NCBI RefSeq assembly: GCF_026571515.1
Contig: NW_026861555.1
Location: forward strand, 124,001-188,000
Direction: 5' to 3'
Length of the DNA stretch: 64,000 bases
From: Ruditapes philippinarum
Lineage: Eukaryota
Shown: piece by piece, positions 24,701 to 33,700 of the stretch
Layout of the letters: the number at the start of each line of letters is the position of its first letter
How positions within the stretch are numbered: the first letter of the stretch is position 1
The notes under the pieces: model-generated
Database searches by the model: none
The model's input: only the letters and a program-made list of their open reading frames with translations
Told to the model about the DNA's origin: nothing
Made by a program: the position numbers and the translations under genes

Positions 24701-27700
24701 GAAGTAAATAGATTTGTAATTGATGATGGCAATACTGATGAAGATATCAAAATAGATGACGATATTAAAGTTGAAGATGATGATAAAATTGAAGATGTTG
24801 ATGATATTATCGTTGATGACATAACTGTTGATGACGACAATGATGATGATGAAAAAGCTGTTGATGATGACAGTGATGACGATGATATTATTGTTGATGA
24901 TGACAGTGATGATGATGAAAAAATTGTTGATGATGAAAGTGATGATGATGAAATTACTGTTGATGATGACAGTGATGATGATGAAATAATTGTTGATGAT
25001 GACAGTGATGACGATGATATTATTGTTGATGATGACAGTGATGACGATGATATTATTGTTGATGATGACAGTGATGACGATGATATTATTGTTGATGAAG
25101 ATAGTGATGACGATGAAATAATAGTTGATGATGATAATGATGATGAAGGGGATGATATAACAGTCGAGGAAAAAAGAGTGGATGATGCAACTGATGTTGG
25201 TGTTGATGACACCACACTTGATGATGACGATTGACACGCATCATTTATGACACTGAAAATAGAAAGATATTATCTTCTTTGCTTTGTTTATTAAATTTCA
25301 CCTTATGATAATAAAACAAGGAATAGATAAGTTACGTATGATGTTAAACACTTTTTACCATTAGAAATATTTAATAAGTTTATAAATCAAAGAATTAATT
25401 ATAAAAACAGTAAGATTACAAGTTATTTTTGCATAATAATAATATGTTCATGAAATATGTATTTATTCAACTTACTCCGCCAAGATAATCAATGTGCCTA
25501 TTTTTCTGTCTCGACATTTTCTAAAAAAATGAAATATCTACATGTTAAAACTGAGTACAATTTGTTTATAAAAAATAAAGCTAAAAAGATTCATATACCT
25601 AAAAAAGATGTTTCCTCAGAGGAATAATGCAACTTTTTTATGCATTAACATCTGCAGAAGCCCGCGAACTTAATAAAATCCCTCGGCCTGAGGGCTCAGG
25701 CTTTAAATACGTCCTCTTGCTCCAGCAGATGTTAATGCACGAAATAGGTACCTAAGCGTCACTCTTGCATATAAGTATACGTCCTATTCCGTGATTCAAC
25801 GCTTTATATATGTTTTTTTGTTTGTATAAAGAAGCCATTTATTAAAATATGTTAGTGCGATATAGCTGACAGGTATGTTTTTTTTTTTTAAATAAAACAA
25901 CCTGGGCAGTAATTCATGAAAGCTATTTCTACATGGCACACTGAATCAAGCATATAAGAACGCGCAAATTTTATCTGTTAATTTATTTTTTTCCTCTCCG
26001 TAAAGTTTATACTTAGATGGGTAGTAACTATGGTAACTGTTGTTATGCAAGAATAATGATATTATAAACAGCTATGCGTATCCAAGTTTATTAAAGTTAA
26101 ATTAGTTTTTTAGGATAAATGCATAAAAGTAGTCAAAGGCTTCGTTGTATTCTTATGATAAACTAAACTAAAAGGAAATTGTTACTGTCTTTAATACATT
26201 AGAAATCTGTATTAGAAAAAAGTAAATTATTAAATGACATGAATAAATAAATGGCATCAAATGTTACAAATGTAATAGCAGCTTGTCTGCTTTAAAAAAA
26301 AAAAGACCTCACCAATTGTACAGTCTAAATGGTACATTTTAAATTTAAAAAAATGATTTGTTCAGTGGAAAATAATGCATACCTTGGACATTTTGTTACA
26401 ACTCTGAAAAACAAAAACAAACATAAATGGGTAATTAGTTACGTTTAAAATCTGCTAACGGTATGTTTTTTAACATACACAATTTGAAAACTTAAATATG
26501 ACTTCTCGCCATATTAAATGAATCTTCATTGCATACATAAATTAAGAACTAATAAGTTACTCTAATTTATTATTACCAAAATGTAAAAATGATCACAATT
26601 TTGAAACAGATTAGAGTTGGTTTACTACCTGGTACCATTTTCAATTAAAAGCATCATAACTATTACATTAAAGTAGAATATGTGTGTATTGTCATCAATA
26701 CTTTTCTTAAAGTGGCATTATGGTATATAGTGAGTGAACGGGTGAAGATCAAAATAAGTTTTCATTTTGCCATAATTCCTTTTAATTTAATGATAAGTTC
26801 ACATAAACAATAAATAACGCACAGATTCAAACGAAATTTCTGTAAATAATCATTTACCATCCATGCTTAGTATATAAAAAGAGTGGGGCAGTCGTTGCAG
26901 ATCCTAAACATTTTCCAAAATCAACTGTTGGTCAAAGACCATTTTGACAGTCAATCTTTTGAAATATAAAGTCAATTCAGCTCAAATTAAATATGAAAAA
27001 ATGAGTATAATGGCACTTGAAGTTTGAATCATATTATAACAATTATCCAGCAGTATTTGACTATAACACAAGAAATAGACTTCATTGACAAGAAATGATA
27101 AATTGATATAAAGAAAAGTAATCAAAGGAACCTTGGGCACTGATATTTTATTTACACAATTAATACACTAAGAGATTGAAATACAATAAACAAATAACAT
27201 TTCTTCTTAACATAATTTTAAGAAAAAGAAGAAGACAATGTTATTTAACTTATACATTTACATGTATCTCGTTATACATCAACTAGTAGTACATATAAAC
27301 GGTTGGTATTCAAATGAAAGAGAATCATTAATGTTTGAGTTTATAGTTTATACATAATGGAGAATAGGCTCTAATAAACATGAATTAACAGCAATTTTTC
27401 ACCAATAAAGTGTCTAACAGTGAATGTAATGAACATTGTTATAGTCTTAAAGTCTAGGATATGAATTCAATAAATCATTTCTTTTCATATTGGCTAAATA
27501 AATAAATTTGCTAAGATTGTTAAGAACTGATTTATTGTTTGACTTAAGCATTTCTATGAATTTGTACATACTGGGTCTATGATAAAAATAACGTTTAATT
27601 AATCGAATTCTTAAATCATGGTAAACACTGCATATAAGAATCATATCTACCTGTTTGAATTCTAAGATTATGCAAAGAAATTCTTAAACGCTTCTTAATA

Positions 27701-30700
27701 CTACTCCTTAGATAATTAGTTTTGATAGTAATCAAATAATTTTCCAAATTTTCCACCGTTTTTAGATGAATATAAAGAATGTTTAAAACATTATTATTGT
27801 TTAAATCTGCTTACTATTTTTTGATTAAAACAATCCAAAAAACTCTTTGTTTAAAATGTACCATAAATGCATTTATTTTAATTTCATTTGGTTACAAAAA
27901 TACATATGCAAAACCATAATTTTCTAATAATATTTTAACATTGTATGTTCATCTTTGACACCATTTAAACATTGTTTTAATGAGTTGTTATATATCGCAT
28001 CTAAAATGATATTGTTTGTATTTGAAATTTTCAACCAATATTTTATCATTTGAACATATCTGTTTTTTTTTTATAAAGGGTTTCTCCCTAATTCTCCGTA
28101 TACAGCACTATTGCTGGAACTTTTATTAACGCCTAAAATATATTTGCAAAATTTGAGATGTACAGTTTCAATATCTTTTGACTTAGAAAATCGTCATACA
28201 GGACATGCATAATTCAGAATAGAGCCAACAAAAGAATCAAATAATTGTAAAGAAATATATGGTGATAATTTACCTTATTAATATTACATTGTAGAACGTT
28301 ACATGCTTTTAAGACTTTTCCAATAATATATTGATTATGTAAAACAAATGAACCCGTATAATTTAAAACTACTCCTAAAGAAGTGAAATCATTAACTATG
28401 TCAAATTGTTTATCGTTCTGTCTCAAGGGGTCCCTTTTTCTAAATATAACGAGTTTTGTTTTTGAAGTATTAACTTGTAAACCGCAGTATGTACAATATT
28501 CATATAATAAGTTTAGACTGGATTGTAAATCTTCTATAGAATGTCCTACTAACACCATATCATCAGCAAAGAGTAAAATAATGATACAAAAATTGACAAA
28601 CCACAATTTATTCTGTTTTTGTAAATATAGTTCTAAGTCCTCTAAAAAAAGTGCAAACATAACCGGAGAATTATTTAGGCCTTGACGAAGACCAATTGAA
28701 ATTTAAAAAAAGTTTCAGAATGTGTTGCAATAATTAAAACATGATTTAACAACAGTATATATACATAGCCTGAAACATTTTTAAAATTCTTCAATCAAAA
28801 CCCATGTTAAACAATTTGAGCCATAAAGCGTTTCTATAAACAGAGTCAAATGCTTTCGTGAGATCTATAAAAGCGCATGGCAGTCGCATTTTTTTAGTTA
28901 AAACATGTTCTATCAAGTTGTGTAAAACAAATGTTTTACAGAAAAGAACAGAACAGAACATAATTTTATTAATAAATCGTATGTAAAAAGCATATTAATT
29001 AAACAATAATATTTTACATGCATGCATAAAAGTATGTAATGAGAGCATGAGAGAAATGAATCAATGTATCGAAGCATCACTACTTCATGGTGTTATATAT
29101 TACTTATCATTTTTACAATGGACTTACTCCGGAATTAAAAATAATTTAGGTCTTCCCGGCTGATCTTGTGATACATATACAAATATTTCTTACAGTTACA
29201 GCCTCGAAAATAAGCGCAACATGTTGACTAATCTCTTGTGAACTGTAGTGCCCCGTGAAGCTTTAACGCTAAAAAATGTGTTTGTACCAGGGGGTTAGCT
29301 TGGGGAAAACCATATTTACCCAGTTAAGAGTAAAATCAATGACATAAAGTACATACTCAGCTAGGAGAATGAGATGTCCAATTGGTCTGTTATCCTTCTT
29401 GCAATTTTTTCTTTTATTTGATTGCTCATTGCTGAAAAGAAAACAAATACAATTATAGAATTCCTTGACATTTTTGTCGAAATTCAGATACAAAATTTAG
29501 CATTGTTTTATTTACACTAAAACGATTTAAAAGACAACTAAAAAGGGGTTTCGAAGTTTCCTTATCATCCATATTAAAACGGTCTTTTGTTTCTTCACTG
29601 AGTGCTTATAGGCGAAAGGGCAACACCCGATATTTCAAATTCTGTTTAAACTTGTAACAATAATATAAAGATAAGTTGGTAAATACTTCAAATTAATGTT
29701 GATAAAGTACATATAAATTGAACATACCTTCGTGTCTGAACTGTTTTGTTTTGTGTATCAGTATTGTTACTTATATTTCTGAAAACAATAAAGACATAGA
29801 CACTGGAAACCTATGTTGTAACATTTGAGAATATACAATATTCATCAAGACGTTAAATAAAATTCAAGAATATAGTTATTTAATTGTAAATGCAGTAAAA
29901 ATGTATGTTATAGATATGTGGGAACAGAAAATGTACTTTGTTTGAATTTAAGTTGTCTAATTAAAGCAAGGTTTTTCTTCTCCGTAAGTCTACATCTAAA
30001 AGCCTAAGGCCTATTTGATAAGTAACAGGCAACATATTTTATGTAATACTCCCACACGTGCGGTTTCATTTTAAAATATTTTATATAGATCGAAAGAATT
30101 CACGTCCTGTCTGCGTGTTACTTGTTTTCTATTTGTTTTAGTAATAGAAAGAGCATCGAAACACGAGGCTATCTGATTTGTACGAGAGGACACCTGTACT
30201 CTTGTTAACGCACTGTGCAGGTAACTCTGACACATTTTCAACGGAAAGGTCCCCAAATTTTGATACAATAATACTTACGACTGGTTTTTACTAATAACAG
30301 AAGTTATTCCTGTACCGTTTACGAAAAGTATGAAGTCTTTGGCATTGTGTACTCTGAAGCAGAAATAATAATGATAAAAACACAGGTAATAAATTAAAAC
30401 TGTCACAGTTATAGATATGTGTATATGATATAAGCATAGCAGAATCTAACACACATACTCAGGAATGTTTGCTGTTAACAGTTACAACTTTGAAAATAAT
30501 TACGCAACAGGATCATTAATCCATTGTGAACAGTTAAATGTATCCACTGTGAAGCTAAAACGGCAAACGTTTGTTTGTATCCCCGGACCAGCTTGATAAA
30601 AACCCACATTTGCCGAGTTCCGGAAAACATCTGTTAATACTAATTAGAACTTTTTTGTAAACCTGAATATTTAGTTTCTTTTTATCTATTGAAAACTATT

Positions 30701-33700
30701 TTTATGATTATTCTCATTGCAAAACATACATGTATGTGCAGCTTAACTCATTTTTGAAAGTTTTTATTTACCTAATATAAATTCAAAATGGACTGTTTTT
30801 AAACAAAAGCAGCGTAAAGTCATTACAAAAAATTCAGCATACAAATTTATTTGTTTCAAAACTTAACTTGCATTTCGATCAAAATTTAAAAGTTTCTTTG
30901 TAAATTATATTCAATAACTAATGTTGATAAAATATTTATTACTCATTACAAAGTATATTTTAAATTTTCAGGGTTTTTTCCTAGACGAGTCGACCACGTA
31001 TGAAACAGAGATTTTATCAGTCAATTTTAATATTTTGATTTATGCCATAGTTGTATTATGTCATCTTCTATTCTGAATGCTGTTATCTCTAAATACAAGC
31101 GTTCTCGCATATTACAGTTGAGATATTTTAAAATTGTATTGCAGAAGTTTTGTAGAAAATAAGATGATACTGGGCTTATAATAAGACATAAGATTAAAAA
31201 CTTTAAAGTAAAACAGTTAGTTTTAAAGAATTACATTTACACGCACAATTTAAGTATTTATTCAAATTTGGCCAAATCGTTTGACAGACCTCATTCATTC
31301 ATTTGTCATAATTCTACCGAAAGTGACTAGTTTTATTGCCTTTAATTAAACAACAATGGCATAAGTATGATCAGCTATATGGAACACAGATTGAGATATG
31401 CTGGCTTTTATCCTATTTTTTTTCTGAAAATGACTCCACTGAGATTGGTTTTACATGACGGGATTCGAAATTTATGTTCTATTTATTATGAATATAGACC
31501 AATAACTTGTGTGCGAAATTTCAGATCAATTGCTCACTCCCTTTTTCCAGAATAATTTTTCTAATTGTGAGAAATGACCAAATATTGAAAAGCGTTGCAA
31601 CGATTTTCACTCAAATAGAGCTTAGAATGATTATTTTAGCACAAAAATGCGATTTTCAATTTATTTCCAAGTACATGTTTATTTCCTAAAAAATCGTTTG
31701 CATATCTTTCTATCTTAAGTGCCCGAGCTGATCTATGTAACAAATTCAAATTTAATGTTTTTAGGCTTTGGACCCCAATGGAGTGTGCAGCTTGATTTTC
31801 TTCAAAATTGCTTACAAAACAGAAACATACTTTTTTTATTTGTGTTTGGCCCCCTTTCAAATAACTGGGGAGTCATGGTATCTTTTAGGTATACATATAT
31901 AGTATGGTTAAAAGTCAATTAATATGTATACATGTTTTATTTTTCATATATTGATCGGCTACATTGACAATAAAAATACTTACTTATGGTTGCTTGTATT
32001 TAGAGAGTTTATTAAAGTGCCGTTCACGAAAATTCTTGAGTCTTGTGCATTGTGTACTCTGTAAAATTGAAATAAAAACTTAATTGTAAACATTCTGATT
32101 AAAGAAATAAAAAATATCTTACAAGACTAATGATGCTTTCTATAAATTTCAAACACAGAATTAGACATTGTTTCTCTGAACGAAAATTTGGAGAAACAAT
32201 ATCTCTTTTATGGAATCAATATTCATTACATTGAACGGTATCTTCATAACATTAGACAAAATTCTGGAAACATAGTCATCAAAAGCAATAAAATGCAAAA
32301 ACAAAAATTTGAAAATCGTAGACTCGATTTTATCCAGTATGTTTGTGAGAGATAATCGAGAGCGCAACGCCTCTCATGCCCCCTAGCACCGGCTAAATGG
32401 GACCACAATCATTGACATTGGAATCAATGATCATGGATAACAACACTGAGATACGGGGCGATGTTTTACAGCCGCCACTCATCACCTGACATCTGTTAAT
32501 TTTGAAAAGGGAAGGTCCATCGAAAGAAATGAAAATAAATGTAAATGAAAATCTTAGCGCTAGAGATGAGTTCATCCAAAGTTTAAATTTGAATTGTGAA
32601 AAAATGAATATTGTCTCTGCTTTAACCGGGTTGAACAAATGCATATTGTAGAGGGGGTTTTTTTTGCTCAAAATGTAACAGGTATGGTTTGTCATGCGTT
32701 TGTTTGTTTCTGTTTGTTGTTGTTGTTTTTTTTTAAATTAAATCCACTCAAATGCAATTTGCTTTTTAAAATATCCCTTGTAAAGCAGCTTATTTCAATA
32801 GTACGCTATAATAGGTCTAATGCTCATGAATGCGTATGTCCGACTTTTTAATTGAGATTGTCGGAGACAAAGAGCTAATGCTTATGCCTTAGAAAAAGAT
32901 GTGATTTAATCAACAAAGTAGAATATTGTAGATGATTGTCAGGAACAATGACGGTAACAATACACCAAGTGTAATAAAACCCCTATCAAGACCTTTCCTT
33001 TCTCTGAATTTTGTCCCCTTTTTAGCTTAAAACGTCTAAGTCTAAAATGTTTTTATTCTTTCAAAACAAATAGTTTTAGAAACTGTGTTTACCTTTTTCA
33101 GCTTTGTTTTTGGACGAGGGCTCTACAACGAAAGCGTCGAGTGTTTTCATTTAAACAGATCATCAAAATGTGAAAGAGCCACTGTTTATTAGGGGTGGTT
33201 CCACAACATTATATGCCAGCGATTAATTAAAAAACTAATAGGAGGGTCTTTTTATTGAAAGTTTGATTGCAAACATTTAAATAAGTTTAGTTTGACAGTT
33301 CACATCATGTCATAACGCTAATAAGTTTCAGTTATCTTTGGTAGATCAGTTAAACTTTTTTACAAGTTGAATCTATTTTTGCCTAAGGACCTGAATTTAA
33401 TTACATATTTGTATGTATAAATATCGTATATAAAAATTAAAGTCAATGTTTCTCTTTCGATTTCTTCTCAATCATGACGTGATTTCAATTTTTATTTTAA
33501 ATTTGGTGTGGTTATAAAAGGGAAGAGTTTAAGGTAAATGCGGGGGTTGCCGGTTTCATAGCCAGAAACTGTTGCTTTATGACATCATTATTAATTTTAC
33601 AAATAATGGGATAGTGCATAAAACGGGTCAATATCAATGTCGTTTTATCTGCGTGTTTGCCCTTTCTTAATTTGCAAAAATTGATTCGTTTCTGAGGCAT

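Noticed and set aside
24536-25234. Asp-rich plus-strand ORF resembling an acidic shell-matrix protein
   Set aside because: It is the shifted antisense of TCA/TCG Ser codons. It coincides with a spliced minus-strand exon and has no ATG start or signal peptide.
33093-33122. Candidate 30-nt minus-strand exon with AG/GT sites
   Set aside because: Has a TGA in the phase-2 frame required by its neighbours
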